Positions 19,468-29,191 of a DNA stretch of 64,000 nucleotides are shown one piece after another (the first letter of the stretch is position 1; every line of letters starts with the position of its first letter). Origin of the DNA: Candidatus Poribacteria bacterium (GTDB taxonomy: Bacteria; Poribacteria; WGA-4E; WGA-3G); assembly GCA_965242965.1 (NCBI GenBank), contig OZ251518.1, forward strand, positions 4,672,001-4,736,000, read 5' to 3'. The notes under the pieces are model-generated. The model worked only from the letters and a program-made list of their open reading frames with translations. It did not search any database and was not told the DNA's origin. Position numbers and translations under genes: made by a program.

Positions 19468-20193
19468 TTATCTCCATTTAGACGATTCAACCGATTTGAA
19501 CGTTGCGAACAGACAGACGCACGTGAAACTGGCGTAGTAAACAACGTGTTTGAGCACGATGACACCTCGCGCGAAATCGTAGTAGTGTTCCGGCAGTGAA
19601 AGATAACTTAGGAATTTTCCGAGTGCACCGGCACGCGTTGATAATGCGCCGATTACCCATAATGTGATGAGCAATCCGAAACTGGATAGGGCGGCGACGA
19701 GTTGGTTTTTGCTCATGGACGACATCAGTAATCCCAACGACAGAAAAGCGGAACCAATGAGCAGCAATCCGAAGTATCCGCTCAGCAGCGTGCCCGTGTC
19801 CACGGGCCCGAAACGTTGCGCGAGGAACGGGAAAAACAGCGTCAAACCCAGCATCATGAGCAGCAGCACCCAACTGGCGAAGAACTTGCCGAGGACTACT
19901 TGTCCATCGGTAATCGGCGCGGTGAGGAGGAGCTCAATAGTGCCGGATTTCCGTTCCTCAGCGAACAGTTTCATCGTCAGCACCGGTGTGAAGAAGAGCA
20001 GGATGACGGCCATGTTGCCGAAGAGCGTGTTCATCACGTCTGCACCGGAACCGCCGTAGTTGCTGGTGCTGAGGAGCAGGAGCGAAAATAGAAACCCCGA
20101 AATCGCTGTGAAGACGAAGCAGACGAAATAGGCGATGGGTGACACAAAATAGGTGTAGAGCTCTTTTGTGCAAACGGCGATGATGTTTTTCAT
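19468..20193 (-). CDS. ABC-2 type permease (GldF-like)
   Basis: KELYTYFVSPIAY, EERKSGTIELLLTAP and VLGKF motifs. Confidence 0.9.
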   Translation of the reverse strand: MKNIIAVCTKELYTYFVSPIAYFVCFVFTAISGFLFSLLLLSTSNYGGSGADVMNTLFGNMAVILLFFTPVLTMKLFAEERKSGTIELLLTAPITDGQVVLGKFFASWVLLLMMLGLTLFFPFLAQRFGPVDTGTLLSGYFGLLLIGSAFLSLGLLMSSMSKNQLVAALSSFGLLITLWVIGALSTRAGALGKFLSYLSLPEHYYDFARGVIVLKHVVYYASFTCVCLFATFKSVESSKWR

Positions 20194-20206
20194 AGCGTGA
20201 GCCGTG

Positions 20207-20941
20207 TTAACGCGGAAACCGCAAACGCGCCTTCCCGACAAAGAAAGGCCCCAGGGATTCAATATACTTCGTCGTTTGTTCCGTTTGGCGCATGTCTTGG
20301 ATGAGACGCGATAACGGATACAACTCCGCGCCGACTAAGCCGATGACGAACTCGTTGTCGTTCGTATCCAAACCGAAGGATGCCAAGCGGATGTCACTTG
20401 CATAGCCAGCGGCGGCGTAATTCCGTCCAAGCATCGCGTGTTCGCCTAAAATGCGTCCCCGTTCGCGCGGCTCAAGCCGATAAAACTCGGGCTTCCGACG
20501 CAGTGGGTACCAAATAGCCCATGGGCAATCCGGGTTGAGCGCGTTCTGGAGCGGCTTGTTAATGAGCCACTGCTCCAAATCAGGTTCTCGGCCGGTGGCG
20601 TAAGTGCGCCCAATCATCGTCATCTCCGGACGATAGGTGAGTTTCGTGAACGGGATAGATGTAAAGGTGGAACGCACCTCTGTGATGAGTTTCCCCAGGT
20701 CCTCTTCCATAAAGAGAATGCCGATACCTGAAGGATGATTGAGTTCTTCGTAAAGCACGGCGTTTATGTCGGTTATCTCAAGTAACTCGGAAAGCACTTT
20801 AGGGTTCCGGCATCCAGAAAAGACGTGGAGTTGGCAGAACAGTCGCCTGCCGCTCGTTTGCGGTTCGCCATCAATTGGCGCGCCGATTTCGCGGATGTCC
20901 AGCGGTTCTGGACGCGTCGGCCTCCGTTTTTCAGTGTGCAT
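20207..20941 (-). CDS. Chlorite dismutase / coproheme decarboxylase (HemQ/ChdC) family protein
   Basis: WYPLRRKPEFY, EHAMLGR, GLDTNDNEFVIGL and GPFFVG motifs. Confidence 0.8.
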   Translation of the reverse strand: MHTEKRRPTRPEPLDIREIGAPIDGEPQTSGRRLFCQLHVFSGCRNPKVLSELLEITDINAVLYEELNHPSGIGILFMEEDLGKLITEVRSTFTSIPFTKLTYRPEMTMIGRTYATGREPDLEQWLINKPLQNALNPDCPWAIWYPLRRKPEFYRLEPRERGRILGEHAMLGRNYAAAGYASDIRLASFGLDTNDNEFVIGLVGAELYPLSRLIQDMRQTEQTTKYIESLGPFFVGKARLRFPR

Positions 20942-21028
20942 GGTTTATTTCCTGTTCGTTAGTTGTAACGTGCCGCCCCGGCACGGCGAGGGATAGGTTT
21001 CCCGCGCCCTACGGTAAGCAAAATAGGT

Positions 21029-22594
21029 TTAGCGTTTTTTCGTGTAAGACTGACGAATCCACTCTTCCAGCACCGTGTCAGGATTTTCCACAACGGCTTT
21101 GGGGAAAGTGAACGTCGATTGTCCCGTGTTCTGCTTGATGAGATTCAAGCCGTGCTGGTAACTCTCTAGCAGTGCATCGCAGAGCTGGGGGAGCGTCTGT
21201 TCGTTTGCGATGGCGCGTTCGCAGAGGAGCGCGGTGGCATCGTCGTCAAATCGGATTTGCAACTGATGCTCGGCGTGGAAACGCGCCTCATAACGGCGAA
21301 GCTGCTCACCCATGACAAGGTGCCGGTTGTAATTGGCATCCCCGATTATCCGCTGCAACTCTGTCTGCGGTTCATCGATGACCTCGGCGGTAACAACGAA
21401 TTCTTGCACGCCGGTGGAAGGCAGCTCAAACTTATAATCCCGCAGTGCCTTCTCACAGACAGTCATCAAGGCACGCGCGCCGGTTTTCTGCTCAATTGCC
21501 TTCTCGGCGATGCGGTGCAGCCCGCTATCCGCAAACAGTACGGTGATGCCATACGCCTGAAACGCGCGCTCATACTGCCGAATAATGGAGCCTTCTGAGT
21601 GTTTCAAAATATGGAAAAGATCTTCGACTTGCAATTCGCTGCAGACGACATGCACCGGCATCCGCCCGATGAATTCCGGTTCAAAGCCGTAGTCAATGAA
21701 ATCCTTCGGGGTGACATCCTGAAAATAGTGGCCCGCGTCCACGTTCTGGCTCACGACGTTTGCATTGAACCCGATGCGGCTCTGATGCATCCGCTTCTTG
21801 ATGATCTTCTCCATGCCGGTGAACGCGCCGCTGATGATAAAGAGGATATGGCGCGTATTGATGACCTCTTTTTCTACCTTTCCGCGCCGCTGGAATTCCA
21901 TCGCCGCCCGCATTTGCGAGGCGACATCGTGCCCGGAACGCAGGTCTACCTCAGTTTCCTCCATTAATTTCAGGAGGCCAATCTGCACGCCGCGTCCGCT
22001 CACATCACGTCCGATGATGTTCGGCGGCGTGGCGATTTTGTCTGCTTCGTCCAAATAGACAATCCCGTATTGCGCCAATTCAAGGTTATCGTCCGCCTGC
22101 GTGACGAGTTCGCGAATCAAGTCATCGACGTTCGCGCCGACGTAGCCGGTTTCACTGAATCGGGTTGCATCCGCTTTGACAAACGGCACGCCGATTAACT
22201 TGGCGATGTAGCGGATCAGATACGTCTTGCCAACCCCCGTCGGACCTAGCATGACGATGTTCTGCTTGGAGTAGTCGCTCTCGGCGGTATCCGGGTTCTC
22301 GTGGCATTCTCGGACATGATTGTAGTGGTCACAGACAGCGATAGCGAGTGCCTTCTTCGCGTCGTCCTGCTGGATGACATACCGGTCCAAGTATTTCTTA
22401 ATCTCCACCGGCTTCAGGTCAAACTTCAAATCGAAGGTTTTCTTCGGCGTGGGGATGTCTTCGGTTGCGTCCGGTGATGGTGCTTGCGCGCCAGCGGTGA
22501 CATCGCCGAGTTGGACTGCTCCGCCGTACTTCCGATTGACGAAATCTTGGAGATCCTTCTGAAGTTCTTCAGGTGTCGGTATTTTGTTATTCAT
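21029..22594 (-). CDS. ClpX-like AAA+ ATPase lacking the N-terminal zinc-binding domain
   Basis: LDRYVIQQDDAKKALAIAV, GPTGVGKT, ETGYVG, YLDEADKI, RDVSGRGVQ, PEFIGR and GARAL motifs. Start set at MNNKIP. Confidence 0.85.
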   Translation of the reverse strand: MNNKIPTPEELQKDLQDFVNRKYGGAVQLGDVTAGAQAPSPDATEDIPTPKKTFDLKFDLKPVEIKKYLDRYVIQQDDAKKALAIAVCDHYNHVRECHENPDTAESDYSKQNIVMLGPTGVGKTYLIRYIAKLIGVPFVKADATRFSETGYVGANVDDLIRELVTQADDNLELAQYGIVYLDEADKIATPPNIIGRDVSGRGVQIGLLKLMEETEVDLRSGHDVASQMRAAMEFQRRGKVEKEVINTRHILFIISGAFTGMEKIIKKRMHQSRIGFNANVVSQNVDAGHYFQDVTPKDFIDYGFEPEFIGRMPVHVVCSELQVEDLFHILKHSEGSIIRQYERAFQAYGITVLFADSGLHRIAEKAIEQKTGARALMTVCEKALRDYKFELPSTGVQEFVVTAEVIDEPQTELQRIIGDANYNRHLVMGEQLRRYEARFHAEHQLQIRFDDDATALLCERAIANEQTLPQLCDALLESYQHGLNLIKQNTGQSTFTFPKAVVENPDTVLEEWIRQSYTKKR

Positions 22595-22620
22595 TGTTTT
22601 TCCTTGTTTGTTGTCAGTGC

Positions 22621-23093
22621 CTGGCGAGGGGGTGGCGTTTTTTTCCCGTAGCGCGGGGGCCTGTCCCCCGCGATCTCTCCGACGCTGCTTGATACAACCG
22701 AGGCACGGCGAGGGACAGGCCCTCGCCCTACGGTGAAGGGATGGCGTTTTTTTCCCGTAGCGCGGGGGCCTGTCCCCCGCGATTGCTCGCATACCCGATG
22801 GCTTGGCGAGGGACAGGCCCTCGCCCTACGGTGAAAGGGAGACGGCCTCCCCAACCGTAGCGCGGGGGCCTGTCCCCCGCGATCTCTCCGATGCTGCTTG
22901 ATACAACCGAGGCACGGCGAGGGACAGGCCCTCGCCCTACGGGGAAAGGGAGACGGCCTCACTAACCGTAGCGCGGGGGCCTGTCCCCCGCGATCTCTCC
23001 AACGCTGCTTGATACAACCGAGACACGGCGAGGGACAGGCCCTCGCCCTACGGTGAAGGGATGGCGAGGGACAGGCCCTCGCCCTACGGTGAA
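22621..23093. repeat. BIME/REPIN-like tandem array of family A REP doublets
   Basis: Four doublets plus one single unit. Three doublets share the internal linker ATCTCTCC...GCTGCTTGATACAACCGAG. Confidence 0.95.
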
Positions 23094-23100
23094 ACGGAGG

Positions 23101-24123
23101 TTAGGTTAACTCCCTTCGGACGATTTCGGTGCCCGCTGCCATCGCCTTCAGTTTTGCCACGGATGCCCACCGTGCCGTTTGGCTAAACCCACAGTCCGGC
23201 GTAATAGTGAGTTTCTCTGGCCGGACATGCTTGAGGACTCTCCGAAGCAGTGCGGCCACATCTTCCGGTGTCTCCACGTAGTAATTTTTGACATCAATGA
23301 GGCCGGCAGCCAGTTCCTTGTCGTTCGGAAACTCGCTCCACAATTCGATTTCGGCGAGTTCGCGGTTGGCGAATTCAAGCGCGACCTGGTCGAAATTTGC
23401 CTCAAGAATGTGCGGAAACAGTTGACGATACGAACGTTTCCCGACGGCTCTGCCGCGATAGTTCCCGAAACAGATATGCACGCCTATCTTTGCGGCAACG
23501 CCTTCGACGGTGTGATTAAACAGTTTGACAAACTCCTGCGGCCTGTCGGGATAAACGGCGTAAGAGGGTTCGTCAAGTTGAATGAATTCTGCACCTGCGG
23601 CGACGAGTTGCCGGAGTTCGGCGTTAATAATATCGGCGCAGGCGTAAGCCACCTCAAGACGTTCTTTGTAGATACCGCCGGTCTGGATACGCCCAGAGAG
23701 GGTAAAGGGCCCGGGGCATGTCACCTTGAGCGGTTTCGTGGCTTCGGTTTTGGCGAATTCAAATTCGGCGACGATGCCGAGTCCATCGGGTGCGGCGAGC
23801 GGCACGGTAGGCAGCCATTTCCCACGCTGGTCATGTCCATCAGGGCCTTGCGTCCTAGGCGCGGGCTGCTGCTCCAACCCGGTGAGCCGTTCGTAGAACC
23901 CAAGCACAAAGTCTTGCCGTCGCATTTCGCCTTCGGTGATGATGTCCACGCCGGCCCGCTCCTGGTCGGCGATGGCGATGCGGACTGCGTCGTTGAAGGT
24001 TTCGTTGATATCGGTTTCGCCGAGTTCCCCTCTGCCAATCGCCTCCAGCGTGACGCAGAGCCAACTCGGTGGTGCATAACTGCCGATAGTGCTAGTAGGG
24101 ATTAAAATGTCGGTGTCTTTCAT
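23101..24123 (-). CDS. Cobalamin-independent methionine synthase catalytic-domain-only protein (core MetE-like)
   Basis: IGSY, TEGEMRR, IQLDEP; Zn ligands HIC, E (ALEF) and PDCG; 340 aa. Confidence 0.85.
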   Translation of the reverse strand: MKDTDILIPTSTIGSYAPPSWLCVTLEAIGRGELGETDINETFNDAVRIAIADQERAGVDIITEGEMRRQDFVLGFYERLTGLEQQPAPRTQGPDGHDQRGKWLPTVPLAAPDGLGIVAEFEFAKTEATKPLKVTCPGPFTLSGRIQTGGIYKERLEVAYACADIINAELRQLVAAGAEFIQLDEPSYAVYPDRPQEFVKLFNHTVEGVAAKIGVHICFGNYRGRAVGKRSYRQLFPHILEANFDQVALEFANRELAEIELWSEFPNDKELAAGLIDVKNYYVETPEDVAALLRRVLKHVRPEKLTITPDCGFSQTARWASVAKLKAMAAGTEIVRRELT

Positions 24124-24135
24124 GAACTTCCTCAG

Positions 24136-24357
24136 TTAAGCAAATTTCCTGTCTTCTGTCAGCGAGTTGGATGTCGCTGCAACCGATGGAGCGATTTCCT
24201 TGTTTGGGCGGCAGGTCTGGTTCTCCTTCCTGCGCAATCTGCGGGTGCGACACATTTGCAGGTAGTCAATGTATCTGTCTATGTCGTGCCCAAATTCCGC
24301 CGAGATTTTGTGCCGGATACGCCGGATATCTTCGACGATGTTAGCGTCCTCAATCAT
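24136..24357 (-). CDS. Small protein resembling partners of PIN-domain toxins (orphan antitoxin-like)
   Basis: AGGAG RBS; DANIVEDIRRIRHKISAEFGHDIDRYIDYL, a pattern similar to the ORFs at 53739 and 53992. Confidence 0.55.
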   Translation of the reverse strand: MIEDANIVEDIRRIRHKISAEFGHDIDRYIDYLQMCRTRRLRRKENQTCRPNKEIAPSVAATSNSLTEDRKFA

Positions 24358-24369
24358 TGGAGACTCCTG

Positions 24370-25920
24370 TTAACTCGTGACGTTCGCGTAGAAAAAGGGC
24401 GGCATCGTCAATGCGACGACATCGTCTTCGCCAGAGATTTCGCGCGCCATCGCTAGTGCATCGTCAAGATTTTTCGCCCACTCCACGCCTAATCGTTGTG
24501 CCACGCGCGGCTCTTTCGGGCCCACCAAGATAACCTTGGAGAGGTATTTCAGCGGATACGTTGCCCAATACCAAACCGTGAACGGATGAAACCCGTGATG
24601 CGCGAACCGATGCCGATAGCAGTCGATTAGGTGCGGATCCGTGGCATATCTCTCCTGGAACTTCTGTTGCATCTGAAACGGCTCCGTCGTCTCGGCGAGC
24701 ACTTCGTCGTAAAACTGCTTGTAGGCGACGTGATATTCCTCGTGGAACACCTCGTAAGTCGGGTTCATGATGATGACAACGCCGCCCTTTTTGAGGATAG
24801 GCTTGTTATAGAACCAGTTGAAAACATACCCCAAGATGTCGCTGACGACAAGCACAGGATTAATGCGCGCGTCAACAGAATATGGACTCATATCGGGAAG
24901 CCCGAACACGAGAGTGCTGAATTGGCGCGGGATGTCTATCGCCAGCTGCTCTTTCATTAATGCGAGCGTCTTCGGATGGACTTCGTCAATGTCGCCAGCG
25001 TTTACGGCTATCGGTTCATAATCGGTGCGCACACTTTTGAGAATCTGATACCGCAACGCCTCTGGTAAAAGGGACAGAGTTGCCGGCGTGAAGACTTTCA
25101 GGAGTCTCTCGGCGAAGTTGCACTGACTGTTCGGTTTGCCGACGTAGCGCAGATGAAACGGATAGAGCGCGCCGTTCATCGCCGCTTCCAGCACCAAAAT
25201 AGGTGTCTCTTTCTGAATGAGGCGACTCATCCGTTCGATGCAGGCGTGCATGTGCGAACCGTCAGGTTGCATGACGTGCGGGCTCTCGGCTGTCATGTGC
25301 GGCGAGTGGTGCGGCGCGATGGATTGATACGTGCCGAGCCCGACTGCAACAGATTTATGTCCACCGTTGAGCGGAATCTGAATCGTATCAACGTAAATCA
25401 CCAAATCGCTGTCGAGGACTGCCTTGTCTGTCTCCACGATTTCGTCTTTTTCGGTTTTTCCGACGCGAACGATATGTTCGGCATCTTCGGCATCAAAATT
25501 TCGGAGTTGGTGCGGGTAGAACTCGTCCATGATATTTTTGCCGAGCATGTATGCCAGTTCGTGCGGCTTCATCTTTCGGTGCAGCGCGACAGCGCACATC
25601 AGTTGGATATTTTTCTTCTCAACGCCGTACGCGTAGAGCATCTTGAGGAGCGTCTCAATCATGATTTGACGCATATCGGGTTTTTTGGTTGCCGGAAACG
25701 GTTGGCAGTTGTCGTCAAATAGAATGAGCACCTTTGCATTGCCATCAACGAGTTCGCGTAGGGGCGGCATGCCGAGTGGGTTCTCAAATGCGCGTTGCGT
25801 TTGTTCGCTGAGCTCGGCGCGCTTGATACCGGGCATCGGCGGTTTGGCGTAATAAACCTCTGACGTATCCGGGAGTTTCGCGTTGATAAGTTGGTTTCCG
25901 AAATAGGTGAAGTATTTCAT
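24370..25920 (-). CDS. Lactate racemase (LarA/DUF2088) domain protein
   Basis: NPLGMPPL, ILFDD, AVALHRKM, GGHKSVAVG and PHH motifs. Confidence 0.8.
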   Translation of the reverse strand: MKYFTYFGNQLINAKLPDTSEVYYAKPPMPGIKRAELSEQTQRAFENPLGMPPLRELVDGNAKVLILFDDNCQPFPATKKPDMRQIMIETLLKMLYAYGVEKKNIQLMCAVALHRKMKPHELAYMLGKNIMDEFYPHQLRNFDAEDAEHIVRVGKTEKDEIVETDKAVLDSDLVIYVDTIQIPLNGGHKSVAVGLGTYQSIAPHHSPHMTAESPHVMQPDGSHMHACIERMSRLIQKETPILVLEAAMNGALYPFHLRYVGKPNSQCNFAERLLKVFTPATLSLLPEALRYQILKSVRTDYEPIAVNAGDIDEVHPKTLALMKEQLAIDIPRQFSTLVFGLPDMSPYSVDARINPVLVVSDILGYVFNWFYNKPILKKGGVVIIMNPTYEVFHEEYHVAYKQFYDEVLAETTEPFQMQQKFQERYATDPHLIDCYRHRFAHHGFHPFTVWYWATYPLKYLSKVILVGPKEPRVAQRLGVEWAKNLDDALAMAREISGEDDVVALTMPPFFYANVTS

Positions 25921-26009
25921 GTCATGTTTTGCTTTTGCAGGTTTTGATTTATTTTAGCATAGGTGCAGGAAATAGTGCAAGTTTTTTTTGCGCAAAAAAA
26001 TAGCGAGGC

Positions 26010-26249
26010 ATAGTGCCTCGCGCTTCAAATCGAGACCAGGAGGTCTCTCCCACCTAGACATCGCTCGCATCAAGACAGGGAGGGCGCGCCGTTTTCTTGT
26101 TTCAGCGCGCGGTGCCGGCGGACAAGGGCCCGGCACGCGCGCCGCGCCGAGGGGTGCCCTCAGCAGTGATTTGCAGAGAAGCTGGGGCGGCACCTCCTCG
26201 CTTTTCTATCGGCACTTCGTCCAACCCCCAAGGGGGGATAAATACCCTC
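26010..26249 (-). mobile_element. Inverted partial copy of the structured MITE left arm
   Basis: The reverse complement aligns along about 190 nt with 29192-29400. Confidence 0.8.
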
Positions 26250-26251
26250 AA

Positions 26252-27181
26252 TTAAAATTCGGCGACCCGCCCTTGAAAGACCTCGTTCAACTTTTCGAGA
26301 TTTGAACGCAGCCACTCAAATCGGTTGGGCCAGTCCGACCTGTCTGTCGGATCTGTGTTGTAGTAGACCCCTACCTGTGGGACCTCGCGGTTCCAAGGGG
26401 GCGATTTTTTCCATTGAAGTCCTGCGCCGAATTGATTCTCAATCTCTTGTCGATTGTTTTTCAACTCGTCAAAGCGCGAACCAGCATTGGGCCCTTTCAG
26501 GTGGAGGTTGGCGGCAATTTGCCTCTGTGTCGCGCTAATCCATCCAGACAACCAGATCTCGGGCCATCTCCCAATGTCAAAGCCCAGGTAATCGGGAGAG
26601 TTTCTATTCCATTCCAGCGAGTTAAGCTGACTACCGTTTGCAGTCAGATGCCTGCGGAATTCGGCGAAGAATTGCTCGCGCCAGTCGTCATTAATTACGG
26701 GTGAACAAACGTCACCGCCCGGCTTAGCAACGACGCTAAACTGCACTCCGTACAAGGAGTTTGGGATTTCCGTTACCTTAACCGCCACGCCGAAGAATTG
26801 GAAGTTTTCGTCTCCCATTGCGTTTAGGCGATTAATAACCGCGAGGTGCTCGTTCGTGAAGCTTTCAGCAACCCAAACAAGAGTGTGTGCTTCCAGCCCA
26901 ATCCCGTATGTGAGGACTTTGCCGAGGCGATCATGGTCAGACTCGCCGTACTGATTCTCAATCACTACGACTGAATCATCGGCTGTGTTGGAACACATGA
27001 TGTCAACCCGGAACTGTCCAACATTAACCTCGCGTTTGGCATCGGCAAATTTCATATTTAGGGCTTCGCCGAGCCAAGAAAGATGTTCCGGCTTCGCCAA
27101 CCATGGCGTGAAGTTGTCGGCTTCGTTATGCCAAACTTCTCGCAATTCAACGGGTTTAAGGTGAACAACTTCGTTATACAT
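26252..27181 (-). CDS. DUF4268 domain protein with N-terminal PD-(D/E)XK nuclease-like domain
   Basis: LREVWHNEADNFTPWL, FRVDI...VIENQ, DHDRLGKVLTY; C-terminal DUF4268-type W...FEWL. Confidence 0.8.
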   Translation of the reverse strand: MYNEVVHLKPVELREVWHNEADNFTPWLAKPEHLSWLGEALNMKFADAKREVNVGQFRVDIMCSNTADDSVVVIENQYGESDHDRLGKVLTYGIGLEAHTLVWVAESFTNEHLAVINRLNAMGDENFQFFGVAVKVTEIPNSLYGVQFSVVAKPGGDVCSPVINDDWREQFFAEFRRHLTANGSQLNSLEWNRNSPDYLGFDIGRWPEIWLSGWISATQRQIAANLHLKGPNAGSRFDELKNNRQEIENQFGAGLQWKKSPPWNREVPQVGVYYNTDPTDRSDWPNRFEWLRSNLEKLNEVFQGRVAEF

Positions 27182-27438
27182 TAGGTGTCATTCCTCCTTT
27201 AAAAATGTCGTAAAAGCGATTCGATAACCGCTAACTCTATTATAGCATAAATCGCAATTTTTTGTTTAATTTTTTCCTCTTCATAGGAACACTCTCTTTA
27301 GGTTCGTAGCTGCGTCTCGTCGGAGATGTTCGCACATTAAGGTCCTAACGGACCTTGGAGCGAGTGATACGTATTTTTCTATAGACATTAAGGTCTTCCA
27401 GACCTTAAGAGAGCCTCTTTCAGGACGCAATTTTGCTA

Positions 27439-27834
27439 TCACGTGGTATCAGTTCGATCGCGAGTTCGCGAGGGACAGGCCCTCGCGCTACGGATAGGAG
27501 ACGGTTGCTTCACACAGACGCGGGACAAAGACAGCGGTGAATCGTTCAAGCGTCTCAGCAAGCCAGATGTGCTGATGCGGCCATTCGTCTTCGTCCGTTG
27601 GATCGGTGTCGTCCTTGCGCAAGGTGACGCGACACGGATTTTGTCGGTGCGGTTGCGGCAGAGGAGGTCTGCCCGGAATTGCCCGACGTTTTTCTCTTGT
27701 GCTTCAAACTTGAGTTCCAAGTTGAGTGCTTCGGCGAGTATGGCGAGGTTTTCCGGTCTGGCGAGCCATGGGGTGAAGTCTTTTGCTTCGTCGGGCCAGA
27801 TGTCGCGTGGGTTTAGGCGGATAGGTGTTGGCAT
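27439..27834 (-). pseudogene. Internally deleted paralog of the DUF4268 nuclease
   Basis: About 67 N-terminal codons (IWPDEAKDFTPWL...GQFRADLLC) are joined out of frame to the C-terminal segment DTDPTDEDEWPHQHIWLAETLERF. Confidence 0.8.
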
Positions 27835-28021
27835 GGGGAGGGGCCTTTATTGCACGTTGTCAAGGGTTTGAGGATTCGTTTTCCATCAAGCGTTATCGTC
27901 TGGTTATGGGCATGAGTAACAGCAGCATCTCAAGACGCGCCACAACCTCCCGAAAGAAAATGGAGCGGATCTGCGTTACCTACTACCAGCGATAAACTTT
28001 ACAGCCCCGAATAGTTGACAG

Positions 28022-28050
28022 AAAAAGCCCGCCGAAATACGCCGGCGGGC
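28022..28050 (-). terminator. Rho-independent terminator
   Basis: GCCCGCCG...CGGCGGGC stem followed by T5 on the minus strand, just after the stop at 28057. Confidence 0.8.
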
Positions 28051-28056
28051 CGAAAT

Positions 28057-28866
28057 TTACGGGGATGTTAAAATACATTCGCGGAGACGATATTCCCACC
28101 CCAATTCAGAAGCCTTGACTATACCCTCTACAAAGACGTTTTCTGTTAAATAAGAACGTTCGTTTGTAAATTGGGATAGTTGGCCTACTGCGTCAGCTGG
28201 GAAGTGGAAATAAACCATCCCTTTTCCTATAACACCAATTTCAATTGTTGTTCCTGAAACGTGTTCGCCTTTGGGGATTAACACTTTCACACGCTGATCT
28301 GTGTATGAATCCCACGCATCTACAAGTTCAAGGACGGTAAACGTTCTATCGGATGCCGATGGCTGTACCGGTGAACTCGGTGCTGCATTTGGTTGTTGAA
28401 CACTTTTGACAGGTTCACGTTGTGTCCGCTTGAGAGACGATGTGTCTATTCGATGCGTCGTTCGGTTAATCTCCTTGTCGTTTTGCTCCTCAATGAAGAG
28501 TATTGTCGGGTTGGGTTCCCAACCATGCGTTCTATACATCCTCAGAAGGTGGACTTCAAGGATTTGGACCATGTAATCCCGTATGGTATCTCGGAATGCT
28601 ACCGATGCGTCATTTTTCCATACGATTTTCACCTCTATGCCTGCGTCATCCTCCGCAGATGGAGACAAACTGTACCGTCGGATCGGCGCATTATACATAG
28701 CGATGTCACGAAGCACCTCTCGTTCAAACAGCGAAGTTATCCACTCTATTCGTGTGGGGGTATAGGGCTTATATTGCCCACGGCGTTCGGCTACTATCTG
28801 CGGGATAGTCAATATGCTTGCCACTAGAATAACGACAAGCGATAATCTCCCGATGTAAAATTTCAT
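28057..28866 (-). CDS. Exported hypothetical protein, C-terminal domain possibly OB-fold
   Basis: Signal peptide, P/Q/S linker, YTDQRVKV...VFVEGIV...LRECIL pattern; visibly AT-richer than neighbouring genes. Confidence 0.65.
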   Translation of the reverse strand: MKFYIGRLSLVVILVASILTIPQIVAERRGQYKPYTPTRIEWITSLFEREVLRDIAMYNAPIRRYSLSPSAEDDAGIEVKIVWKNDASVAFRDTIRDYMVQILEVHLLRMYRTHGWEPNPTILFIEEQNDKEINRTTHRIDTSSLKRTQREPVKSVQQPNAAPSSPVQPSASDRTFTVLELVDAWDSYTDQRVKVLIPKGEHVSGTTIEIGVIGKGMVYFHFPADAVGQLSQFTNERSYLTENVFVEGIVKASELGWEYRLRECILTSP

Positions 28867-29191
28867 TGCTTTTCACCTAGTATTTTGTAAATCGGCGGTA
28901 TCCGAGCCGCCCATTATGGACCATTACACCCTGATTAATAGAGGTGCGTCAGTTGGTTTGCGCTTCAGATTCCGCTGGTTTCCAGTGGGATTTCCTTCGG
29001 CGCAGCCTGCAAGTCAGTGGCGAACAACTTTTGTGCTCATGACAGATTCCCTTGTCAGGCGGAGTTATTTTGCGTATTGGCGATAACATCGGCAACTAGG
29101 ACGAATGTTTCTTCAACCAGTACGCAACAATAATTATACCATGTTCGTGGGTTAATGTCAAATTAAAATGTTAAAGCAGAACAATTTAGTT

